From Bacillus subtilis subsp. subtilis str. 168 (lineage in GTDB: Bacteria; Bacillota; Bacilli; Bacillales; Bacillaceae), in NCBI RefSeq assembly GCF_000009045.1, contig NC_000964.3, positions 558,001-622,000 of the forward strand: a stretch of DNA of 64,000 nucleotides, given 5' to 3'. The translations under genes and the position numbers were made by a program. Below the pieces are notes generated by a model. The model saw only the letters and a list, made by a program, of their open reading frames with translations. It was not told where the DNA came from and ran no database searches. Shown piece by piece: positions 38,478-46,735 of this stretch; position 1 is the first letter of the stretch, and each line of letters opens with the position of its first letter.

Positions 38478-39098
38478 ATGGCTGAATTTACTCATTTAGT
38501 CAATGAAAGACGATCTGCAAGCAATTTTCTTTCAGGTCATCCAATCACAAAAGAAGATCTCAATGAGATGTTTGAATTGGTTGCATTGGCACCATCGGCT
38601 TTTAATTTGCAGCATACAAAATATGTGACGGTTCTTGACCAGGACGTAAAGGAAAAGCTGAAGCAGGCCGCAAACGGACAATATAAAGTGGTTAGCTCTT
38701 CTGCGGTTCTCTTGGTATTAGGGGATAAGCAGGCATATCAACAAGCGGCCGATATCTATGAAGGTTTAAAGGTATTGGGGATATTAAATAAGCAAGAGTA
38801 TGACCACATGGTGCAAGACACCGTTTCGTTTTATGAAAACAGGGGAGAACAATTTAAGAGAGATGAGGCGATAAGGAATGCTTCACTTTCTGCGATGATG
38901 TTTATGCTGAGTGCTAAGGAAAAAGGCTGGGATACCTGCCCGATGATCGGCTTTGATGCGGAAGCCGTAAAACGGATTTTGAACATAGACGACCAATTTG
39001 AGGTTGTCATGATGATTACGATTGGAAAAGAAAAAACAGAGAGCAGAAGACCGCGCGGCTACCGGAAGCCTGTGAATGAGTTTGTTGAGTATATGTAA
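38478..39098 (+). CDS. mhqN: Nitroreductase-family oxidoreductase
   Basis: RRSASNF, APSAFNLQ, GWDTCPMIGF. Confidence 0.93.
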   Translation: MAEFTHLVNERRSASNFLSGHPITKEDLNEMFELVALAPSAFNLQHTKYVTVLDQDVKEKLKQAANGQYKVVSSSAVLLVLGDKQAYQQAADIYEGLKVLGILNKQEYDHMVQDTVSFYENRGEQFKRDEAIRNASLSAMMFMLSAKEKGWDTCPMIGFDAEAVKRILNIDDQFEVVMMITIGKEKTESRRPRGYRKPVNEFVEYM

Positions 39099-39113
39099 AA
39101 GGAGCGGATAAAA

Positions 39114-40052
39114 ATGGCTAAAAAAACGATGGGAATTCATCATATTACAGCGATTGTCGGTCACCCTCAAGAGAACACAGATTTTTACGCAGGAGTGCTT
39201 GGGCTTCGTTTGGTCAAGCAAACTGTCAATTTTGATGACCCAGGTACGTATCATCTTTATTTTGGGAATGAAGGCGGGAAGCCGGGAACAATCATTACCT
39301 TCTTTCCGTGGGCCGGAGCCCGCCAAGGCGTCATTGGAGACGGTCAAGTTGGCGTGACTTCGTATGTCGTGCCGAAAGGGGCTATGGCATTTTGGGAAAA
39401 GAGACTAGAAAAGTTCAACGTTCCCTACACCAAAATCGAGCGCTTTGGGGAACAATATGTAGAATTTGATGATCCTCATGGACTGCACTTAGAAATCGTG
39501 GAAAGAGAAGAAGGAGAGGCTAATACGTGGACTTTCGGAGAAGTAACGCCCGATGTTGCCATTAAAGGTTTTGGGGGTGCAACCCTATTATCAGAGCAGC
39601 CTGACAAAACCGCTGACCTTTTAGAAAACATCATGGGGCTGGAGCGAGTCGGCAAAGAAGGAGACTTCGTTCGTTATCGTTCCGCCGGTGATATCGGAAA
39701 TGTGATTGACCTTAAGTTAACGCCTATTGGCCGCGGGCAAATGGGGGCCGGAACGGTGCATCACATCGCTTGGCGGGCTAACGATGATGAAGATCAGTTA
39801 GATTGGCAAAGATATATTGCTTCCCACGGATATGGTGTAACTCCTGTTCGGGATAGAAACTACTTTAATGCCATTTACTTCAGGGAACACGGGGAAATCC
39901 TGTTTGAAATCGCAACTGATCCCCCAGGCTTTGCACATGATGAAACACAGGAAACAATGGGCGAAAAACTGATGCTGCCTGTGCAATATGAACCGCATCG
40001 CACACAAATTGAACAAGGGCTGCTGCCGTTTGAAGTAAGAGAGTTAGATTGA
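39114..40052 (+). CDS. mhqO: Ring-cleaving dioxygenase (glyoxalase/VOC family)
   Basis: GIHHIT, KQTVNFDDPGTYHLYFG, GTVHHIAW, DRNYF, EIATDPPGF. Confidence 0.95.
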   Translation: MAKKTMGIHHITAIVGHPQENTDFYAGVLGLRLVKQTVNFDDPGTYHLYFGNEGGKPGTIITFFPWAGARQGVIGDGQVGVTSYVVPKGAMAFWEKRLEKFNVPYTKIERFGEQYVEFDDPHGLHLEIVEREEGEANTWTFGEVTPDVAIKGFGGATLLSEQPDKTADLLENIMGLERVGKEGDFVRYRSAGDIGNVIDLKLTPIGRGQMGAGTVHHIAWRANDDEDQLDWQRYIASHGYGVTPVRDRNYFNAIYFREHGEILFEIATDPPGFAHDETQETMGEKLMLPVQYEPHRTQIEQGLLPFEVRELD

Positions 40053-40153
40053 TTTGACACATAAAAAATAAAGAAACATATATTCAATTGATGATTGCTG
40101 GATGGTACTGTCAGCAAAGAATCAGATAAAATCAAAGATGAGGAGAGATACAA

Positions 40154-40543
40154 ATGGAAGATGCAGGACTGTTGCTTATTCGTATAATGATTGGTGTGGT
40201 GTTTTTGTTTTATGGCACACAAAAATTATTCGGCTGGTTTGGCGGATACGGGATTAAAGGAACCGGACAATGGTTCGAATCAATTGGGGTGAAACCAGGA
40301 AACGTTGCGGCCGCTCTATCAGGTCTTGGGGAGTTAGTAAGCGGAATTCTATTTATTTTAGGCGTATTCCTCCCGCTTGGAGCTGCTATCATAACAATCA
40401 TCATGTTAGGTGCTATCGTAAAAGTCCATGGAGCGAAAGGTTTTGCGAATGGCGCCGGAGGTTTTGAATATAACCTGGTGCTCATTGCAGTTTCCATAGG
40501 GGTTGCACTCATCGGTTCAGGAGCTTACGCTTTGCATTTTTAA
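40154..40543 (+). CDS. mhqP: DoxX-family membrane protein
   Basis: [27 protein letters not shown]. Confidence 0.93.
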
Positions 40544-40728
40544 TACGAAAGTATGTAAGAACAGTTGCTGCTTGTCAGTAACTGTTCTTTTATTTTCACA
40601 TTTTCGGCAAGCTTGCAGGTACTCTGCAAAGCAAAAAAGCGGATATCATAAATATAAATCTGTATAGTGAATGATACGTATTGATGAGCTTGGTCATGAA
40701 AAACAGACCTATTTGAAGGAGTAAATGG

Positions 40729-41067
40729 ATGAAAGAGATGACAGGATTACATTCATTAGTTTCTATAGAAAACTTTATCAAACAGCACAAATTCAGTTTT
40801 ATTTATATATCAAGGCCTGGCTGTACAGTATGTCACGCAGTTCTGCCCCAGCTCAGAATAGTATTGGATCAGTTTCCAAACATCAAATTGGGGCATATCA
40901 ATGCTGACGATGTAGCAGAGGTCGCCGGCAGATTTTCAGTTTTCACCGTTCCTGTGCTTCTTTTGTTCATTGATGGGACTGAGTTTCTAAGAGAAGCCCG
41001 TTTTGTTCATTTTGAACAGCTTGAACAAAAGCTGAAAAGGGTTTATCGATTATATGAAGGCGAATAA
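40729..41067 (+). CDS. ydfQ: Thioredoxin-like protein
   Basis: CTVC CxxC motif, FTVPV cis-Pro loop. Confidence 0.88.
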   Translation: MKEMTGLHSLVSIENFIKQHKFSFIYISRPGCTVCHAVLPQLRIVLDQFPNIKLGHINADDVAEVAGRFSVFTVPVLLLFIDGTEFLREARFVHFEQLEQKLKRVYRLYEGE

Positions 41068-41106
41068 AGGAATAAGGCAAAAAAAGAACTCAAATGAGTT
41101 CTTTTT

Positions 41107-41343
41107 TTATTCTTCACTAGGCGAAGAAGGGTTATCAACCTGCCCTTGATCACTTGTATCATTATCACAACTTGCTGAAATAATAATTGAATGAGAAGGA
41201 GAGTAATCTCCTAATGTGAAATTCACTCCGTAATTTTTGCTGTTCGCAGTATGGCTGTTTTGCAAGTTTTGTCCGATATCTGTATTGGCGTTTTGTGTCA
41301 TTCCATTTATCGTGAGATTTGAGATGTTGATTTGAGATCGCAT
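41107..41343 (-). CDS. ydzH: GerPA/GerPF-like spore protein
   Basis: [23 protein letters not shown]-rich; clearly paralogous to ydgA. Confidence 0.85.
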
Positions 41344-41547
41344 GCTTCAAAAACTCCTTTCACTCAGAAGTAGCTGTCATAAAGGACGCTGGCAGTCTAT
41401 TTACTTCTATGATATTGCGTTTTTATATCATTGCATCAACATAATGGTAAAAATAATAGCGAGTGAATGATCATCTTTTGAAGATGATCAACCTATCAGC
41501 AGAAATAAAGCCGCCTGATAAAGAGGCGGCAGATCGTTATATGTCAT

Positions 41548-41841
41548 CTATGAATTTGATGTATCGTTTTTCGTTTGCCTGAAGGATAAGATAGTCGTTT
41601 TTAATGATGAGTAGGAGCCTATAGCAGCGTAGCCATAAAACCAGCCCATAAATACGCCAGAAAAGAGGCTGTGTCGATGGCTTATGAAAACAGAAATGAC
41701 AAGGCCTGTTATTAAGGCAACTGACGGTACAAAAGTTTTGGGGATTTTCAATAATATTTTGAGGATTTGGGTTATCAATATGATGATTGGAACAGCTATC
41801 ACAGCATCCCAAAAGTTCGTGTGAATAATTGGAAAAGCCAT
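41548..41841 (-). CDS. 97-aa multi-TM membrane protein (MAFPIIHTNFWDAVIAVP...), holin-like topology
   Basis: ATG 41841 behind GAGGTG, 3-4 hydrophobic helices, 33 nt downstream of ydzR on the same strand. Confidence 0.75.
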   Translation of the reverse strand: MAFPIIHTNFWDAVIAVPIIILITQILKILLKIPKTFVPSVALITGLVISVFISHRHSLFSGVFMGWFYGYAAIGSYSSLKTTILSFRQTKNDTSNS

Positions 41842-41874
41842 ACGGCACCTCATGAAGTGTTTATTTCTTAATTT

Positions 41875-42105
41875 TTACGCTAAAAGCTTGGAAAGCAGCT
41901 CTTGGATCGCATATGTTACATTTTGGGCTTGATTGGCGGAGCTTGTTTGGCTTAAAGCATTGGATTCAAAAACCAAACCTGTATTACTCCCACCGGAACC
42001 CTCTGTTGTTTTAGACACAGAGAACGGGCTGATGGAAACTGCAAATCCGTTATTAAAAACGCTGTTCCCGGATATCGAATGAATATAAACTGGGAATTTC
42101 ATCAT
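41875..42105 (-). CDS. ydzR: GerPA/GerPF-like spore protein
   Basis: IHSISGNSVFNNG...GGSNTG GerPA-type pattern; SD GAGGAG. Confidence 0.82.
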   Translation of the reverse strand: MMKFPVYIHSISGNSVFNNGFAVSISPFSVSKTTEGSGGSNTGLVFESNALSQTSSANQAQNVTYAIQELLSKLLA

Positions 42106-42134
42106 TCATCTCTCCTCTCTGTTATGACTGTTTA

Positions 42135-42143
42135 TACAATATG
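42135..42143 (-). promoter_or_regulatory. SigK-type -10 (CATATTGTA) upstream of ydzR
   Basis: CATAnnnTA match, GCA 16 nt upstream. Confidence 0.5.
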
Positions 42144-42228
42144 GTGTGTGAGCAGCAGTTGCTTAAACAAAACGGCAAAAACTTTCAGTAAGAGACAAAA
42201 ACCTGCAAAATGCCACAAGCGCCTTTTG

Positions 42229-42810
42229 TTAATGCAGCTTTTTAGGGACGTTTTTTTTATTTTTTTTGCCAACTTCATCAAAAATATTCTGATTGCCAGA
42301 CTGGGCTTGTCCGTCCTTATTTATGAAATCGGGGTGAATGAGTTTTTTCAGATCCCTGACTGTTAAAGGCTTGGCGTCATCAGTTAATTCTATTCCTAAT
42401 TGCCCGTTTGCCTCTAATGTCGCAATTTTGACATCTTGTATAGCCGTAACGCCGTGAAGCCTTAGCTGCATTTCAAGCTGGTCAGCTGTAAGTCTCATCT
42501 TCTTTAAGTTTTCGATATGAAGCTGTCCGTTTTCAATGACGATTTTTGCTTTTCCGGTTAACATCTTTTCAATGGTGTTCGATTTCATTTGGATCCATTC
42601 CATAACGATGAGTGTGCTTGTGAAAATTGCCGCTGCAATTAATGTTTTGAAGAGGCTGTACTCGATGATTGGCTGAACGATAATAGTTCCGATCGAAATC
42701 ATGACAACCGTTTGAGTCGACGTCATTTGTGCGATTGATTTCCTTCCTGAAATTCTCAGCAAAATGACCCCGGCTACAATGAGAACAAGAGATTCCCAAG
42801 TGAAATTCAT
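42229..42810 (-). CDS. ydfR: YetF/DUF421-family membrane protein
   Basis: [30 protein letters not shown]; probable start at ATG 42810 rather than 42906. Confidence 0.88.
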
Positions 42811-43018
42811 GCTACCACCTGACCAATGATGAATTAGATTTGTCATGGGATTGGCTTTTCTTCCGGCCAATCGCAATTTAATATATCCGAAAGGCAGTCG
42901 GTTCATTCTGTCCTGAACCGAACAATATTTTTGGTATAGATGGATATATTAAGCCAAACAATGATAGCAACAGGAGTTTTTTGGCCGAAACAATCTGGGA
43001 AGCGGGGAGCGCCATAAC

Positions 43019-43726
43019 ATGATTGAACTTGAAGTTGTCATTAGAACGGTTGCCAGCTTTGGCTTGCTGTTAATCGCAGAACGAATTTTAGGCAAACAGA
43101 CAATCTCTCAAATGACGATTTTTGATTTTATTGCGGCGATCACACTAGGGGCGATTGCTGCCGGATTAGCTTACAATACTTCAATAAAACCGCACAATAT
43201 GGCCATTTCGTTTAGTATTTTTGTGCTAACCATTTTTCTAATTTCGTTTCTGTCGATAAAGAACAGGAAGCTGAGGAAATTTTTTGCCGGAGATCCAACA
43301 GTGCTGATTCAAAACGGGAAGATACTTGAATCAAATATGAGGAAAATGCGTTACACACTTGATTATTTAAATCAGCAATTACGGGAAAAAGAAATATTTA
43401 ATATCGAAGAAGTTCTTTTTGCCATTCTTGAAACGAATGGTCAGCTGACTGTGTTAAGAAAACCGCAATTCCGGCATGTGACCAAACAGGATTTAATGAT
43501 TGCGGTAAACCAAGAACAAAGGCTTCCGATAGAACTTATTATGGACGGAGAAATCATTGAGAATAATTTAAAGCAGAATCGTTTGACGGAATCCTGGCTT
43601 TTGGAAGAATTGCGAAAAAGAGACATAAAGGTGAAAGAGACCGTGTACGCAGTGCTGCTGGGTAATGGGGATATTTATGTGGATCAATATAAAGACCATA
43701 TATCAGTCCCTATGGATAAGGAATGA
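43019..43726 (+). CDS. ydfS: YetF/DUF421-family membrane protein
   Basis: GKQTISQMTIFDF, LIQNGKI, LREKEIF, AILETNGQLTV. Confidence 0.92.
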   Translation: MIELEVVIRTVASFGLLLIAERILGKQTISQMTIFDFIAAITLGAIAAGLAYNTSIKPHNMAISFSIFVLTIFLISFLSIKNRKLRKFFAGDPTVLIQNGKILESNMRKMRYTLDYLNQQLREKEIFNIEEVLFAILETNGQLTVLRKPQFRHVTKQDLMIAVNQEQRLPIELIMDGEIIENNLKQNRLTESWLLEELRKRDIKVKETVYAVLLGNGDIYVDQYKDHISVPMDKE

Positions 43727-43740
43727 AGGAACAATCAATC

Positions 43741-44172
43741 TTAAAGCCCCTTATTGAACGCAACGGTTTCAACTTGTCTTGGGTACGAAATATGCAGAAG
43801 CCCGTTTAACAGCTGAATCTGTAACAAATGAGTTTCAGCGGCTTCGGGAAGCTGAATGATTCGCTCAATTTCTCCGTAATACCGTTCACGCAGCACTTCC
43901 ATTTCGGCTGGAAAAACAGGCGTGATCGTTCCTTTGATCAGCAGCTGGGTTTTAGACAGTAAACGGATCGTTAATTCTTCCTCATACACACCGGGCATTT
44001 CCACAATGATAAAATTATATTCCTCATCTTGATAAAAGTCGTAAACAAACGTAGAAGCTTCGGAATCAAAAAAATGTTCCGGGGCTTTATATTTGAGCAC
44101 ATTTGTCCAAAAGTCACTTTGTTTATATTCATTCGTAATCTCAAGCCACTTTCGAATTTTTTCGAAATCCAT
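43741..44172 (-). CDS. cotP: Spore coat protein, HSP20/alpha-crystallin domain
   Basis: VEMPGV, ERYYGEIERII.LP, LLNGLLHISYP. Confidence 0.92.
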   Translation of the reverse strand: MDFEKIRKWLEITNEYKQSDFWTNVLKYKAPEHFFDSEASTFVYDFYQDEEYNFIIVEMPGVYEEELTIRLLSKTQLLIKGTITPVFPAEMEVLRERYYGEIERIIQLPEAAETHLLQIQLLNGLLHISYPRQVETVAFNKGL

Positions 44173-44184
44173 ATGAGATTCTCC

Positions 44185-44427
44185 TTAAATTTGATTTGAA
44201 ATCGGCGCAGAAGGGTTTCCGATTTGGTCTTGGTCACTAACGTCTGAATCAATATTTCCAGTGTTTAAAAGTGAAGACGTAGGCGAAAGATCCCCTAAGG
44301 AAAAGTTTGCTCCAAAATATTTGCTGTTCGCAGTATGGCTGTTGTGCACAGTCGGACCGACATCTATATTTCCGTTTTGCGTGACGCCGTTGATCTTAAT
44401 ATTTGCGATATTAATTTGATATGGCAT
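44185..44427 (-). CDS. ydgA: GerPA/GerPF-like spore protein
   Basis: INIANIKINGVTQNGNIDVG...NFSLGD. Confidence 0.88.
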   Translation of the reverse strand: MPYQINIANIKINGVTQNGNIDVGPTVHNSHTANSKYFGANFSLGDLSPTSSLLNTGNIDSDVSDQDQIGNPSAPISNQI

Positions 44428-44440
44428 AGACGAAACCCCT

Positions 44441-44713
44441 TTAATCTAAAATTGGCGGTGGTGCAATCGGAGGAGCATTAACGTTGGATGTATCAGAGTT
44501 GCCGATAGATGTCTGGTCATTTACATCAGGATCGTTTAAGAAGTTTTCCATTACGGATTCTGTAGGTGATGTATCACCGAAAGAAGAGTTGGTCCCTTGA
44601 GATTTTTGATTGTTGGTAGGGCTGTTATAAGCAGCTTCGCCTATTGTAATTGAACCATTGCCCGAAATACTGTTGATCTTCAAATAATATAGGTTGATTA
44701 CTGTAGACGGCAT
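44441..44713 (-). CDS. ydgB: GerPA/GerPF-like spore protein
   Basis: MPSTVINLYYLKINSISGNGSITIG; ATG 44713 behind GAAGGG. Confidence 0.88.
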   Translation of the reverse strand: MPSTVINLYYLKINSISGNGSITIGEAAYNSPTNNQKSQGTNSSFGDTSPTESVMENFLNDPDVNDQTSIGNSDTSNVNAPPIAPPPILD

Positions 44714-44743
44714 CCCATCACACCCTTCCATCTTTCTGTACAG

Positions 44744-44771
44744 TACATTATGCGCCGCTGCACCCAATTGT
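44744..44771 (-). promoter_or_regulatory. SigK promoter of ydgB-ydgA-cotP
   Basis: ACA-16-CATAATGTA. Confidence 0.75.
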
Positions 44772-44957
44772 TCCTTGCATTTACGGGCAAAACTCTATCT
44801 GGCCCCGGAGTGATGCTCAATTATCAGTGAATGAAAAGCCATTGATATAGGAATCAATGAATTGATTCAGTTATTCGAAATGCATGAGACCTTTTAATAA
44901 AGGAAGCTGGCAAACAGGATCAGTTTGAAATAATTGACAATGAAGCTAATGCCATGA

Positions 44958-44995
44958 AATAATACTCGTGAGTAACATTACTCGTGGGTATTATT
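44958..44995. promoter_or_regulatory. 38-bp imperfect palindrome with two TACTCGTG(A/G)GTA units, putative YdgC operator
   Basis: AATAATAC...GTATTATT outer arms and GAGTAA/TTACTC inner arms, overlapping the -10 after TTGACA 44934-39. Confidence 0.65.
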
Positions 44996-45011
44996 TTTGG
45001 GGTGGTCCTAG

Positions 45012-45599
45012 TTGAAAAGTAAAGGAGTAGAAAGCCGAAAACGATTACTTAAAGCTGCCGCTAATGAATTTTCGGTTCGGGGATTCCATGACGCGAAGGT
45101 AAGTGAAATTGTGAAAAAAGCTGGGTTCACGCAGCCTTCATTTTACCTGTACTTTCAAAGCAAAGAAGCCATCTTTGCCGAGTTAATAACCGATTTTCAC
45201 TCTCGAGTCAGAAAGCTGACAGAGTCACTTCTTCTGGAAAACGGATTAAACACGGAGGATGTGTCAAAACGGGTACTGCTAGCTGTAGAGACTGTTTTTC
45301 AATTTTTGGATGAGGACAAGGATTTAACCAAGATCGGCTTTTTTCTCAACCCGGAAGCAAAACAAATGAAAAAAGACTTGGCGATGGTTTTGAAAGAGAA
45401 CTTAGAAGCAGAACAGCGGCTTGGCTATTTTCACTCTGAACTGGATATGGAAACTGTCGCTGAGTGTTTGGTCGGCATGATTGAACATTTAACCGAATCA
45501 TTTTTGTTAACCGGAATCAAAGATCCGGCAAGCCTCGCAGCAGAGGTTGTGAATCTTTTAATTTACGGGATGCTTCCGAAAGGGAATGATGTAAGATGA
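45012..45599 (+). CDS. ydgC: TetR-family regulator
   Basis: AKVSEIVKKAGFTQPSFYLYFQSKEAIF HTH. Confidence 0.92.
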   Translation: MKSKGVESRKRLLKAAANEFSVRGFHDAKVSEIVKKAGFTQPSFYLYFQSKEAIFAELITDFHSRVRKLTESLLLENGLNTEDVSKRVLLAVETVFQFLDEDKDLTKIGFFLNPEAKQMKKDLAMVLKENLEAEQRLGYFHSELDMETVAECLVGMIEHLTESFLLTGIKDPASLAAEVVNLLIYGMLPKGNDVR

Positions 45600-45940
45600 T
45601 ATCTATTATGATGAAAGTCAGTTTGGCAGTTTTTATGCTTGCGGGAGGCATCATAAAGGTAAGCCGCGTTCCCTTTCAAGTTGAGCATTGGCGGCATTAT
45701 CAATATCCATTATGGTTTCTGACTGTTACTGGCATTCTTGAAATAGCCGGGGCACTTGCTATGACAGCGGGAATTTGGAATCGGTATGCAGCAATTGGAG
45801 CAGGTGTTCTGTTTGTCGTTCTCATGGCGGGAGCAATTCATGCGCATATGTTTCGAGCAAGACAATCTGTCATCATGGCGATACAAGCGATGATTTGTTT
45901 GATTGTTTCAATCATGATCATCATGGGGAGTTACACGTAA
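45596..45940 (+). CDS. ydgD: DoxX-like membrane protein
   Basis: AGGIIK, YPLWF..TGILEIAGA; 4-nt overlap with ydgC. Confidence 0.88.
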   Translation: MISIMMKVSLAVFMLAGGIIKVSRVPFQVEHWRHYQYPLWFLTVTGILEIAGALAMTAGIWNRYAAIGAGVLFVVLMAGAIHAHMFRARQSVIMAIQAMICLIVSIMIIMGSYT

Positions 45941-46059
45941 GCTTTTCACTAATGTTTAAGAACAAGCCCATTTGCAGGAAATCTCCTTTTCTTATCGAAT
46001 AATAGAAAGTCCAGGAATTAACTGAATCAGTAAAATAGAGCTCCATTTCTGTGTTATTC

Positions 46060-46084
46060 GTCCGGCATCAGCTGGGCTTTTTTT
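46060..46084 (+). terminator. Terminator-like hairpin immediately before the ydgE SD
   Basis: GTCCGGC-ATCA-GCTGGGC followed by T7, then ATAAAGGAGG. Confidence 0.6.
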
Positions 46085-46102
46085 ATAAAGGAGGAATACA
46101 GG

Positions 46103-46576
46103 ATGGCATTCACTTTGGAAGACATGACTGAGGAAGAGTTCGAAGCCTTTCGCGGGATGTCCGTGCAAAATTTTGCGAAACAAAACATAACGTCAGGAAC
46201 TTGGACGGAAAAAGAGGCATTTGAGAAATCGGAGCAGGCATATGAGAACATGATTCCGAATGGGCGAGACAGCAGCAATCATTATTTTTGGAACATCACA
46301 AATGACCAAGGAGAAAGAATGGGCTGGCTCTGGCTGTATGCTGATCCATTACATCCGCAAAAGGAAGCGTTTATCTATTCCTTTGGATTGTATGAAGCCT
46401 TTCGCGGAAAAGGACTTGCTCAATTGGCGCTTCAAACGCTTGATGAAAGAGCAAGAGAGCTTGGTGCGGAAAGGCTGGCTCTACATGTATTTGCACACAA
46501 CGAGACAGCCGTCTATCTTTATCAGAAGATGGGCTATGCCATGACCAATATACGTATGCGGAAACAGCTATGCTGA
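46103..46576 (+). CDS. ydgE: GNAT-family acetyltransferase
   Basis: EAFRGKGLA, LHVFAHNETAVYLYQKMGY. Confidence 0.92.
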   Translation: MAFTLEDMTEEEFEAFRGMSVQNFAKQNITSGTWTEKEAFEKSEQAYENMIPNGRDSSNHYFWNITNDQGERMGWLWLYADPLHPQKEAFIYSFGLYEAFRGKGLAQLALQTLDERARELGAERLALHVFAHNETAVYLYQKMGYAMTNIRMRKQLC

Positions 46577-46686
46577 AAAGCCGCTTACGTTACCCAAATA
46601 CAACATGCCTATCTGGAAGCGGTGGCAGGGTACTATAAGTCATCATTAGAAAGATTAAGGTCATGGGAGGCTTGAACATATAAAGA

Positions 46687-46712
46687 AAAAGGACAACAGC
46701 TGTTGTCCTTTT
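46687..46712. terminator. Perfect 26-bp palindrome, bidirectional terminator between ydgE and vmlR
   Basis: AAAAGGACAACAG/CTGTTGTCCTTTT. Confidence 0.8.
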
Positions 46713-46735
46713 CAATGCCGCTTGAACTTTCTCCC

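Noticed and set aside
46577-46675. In-frame open stretch of ~32 codons after the ydgE TGA (possible read-through or premature stop)
   Set aside because: YdgE already ends at a normal GNAT C-terminus; there is no read-through or SECIS-like signal
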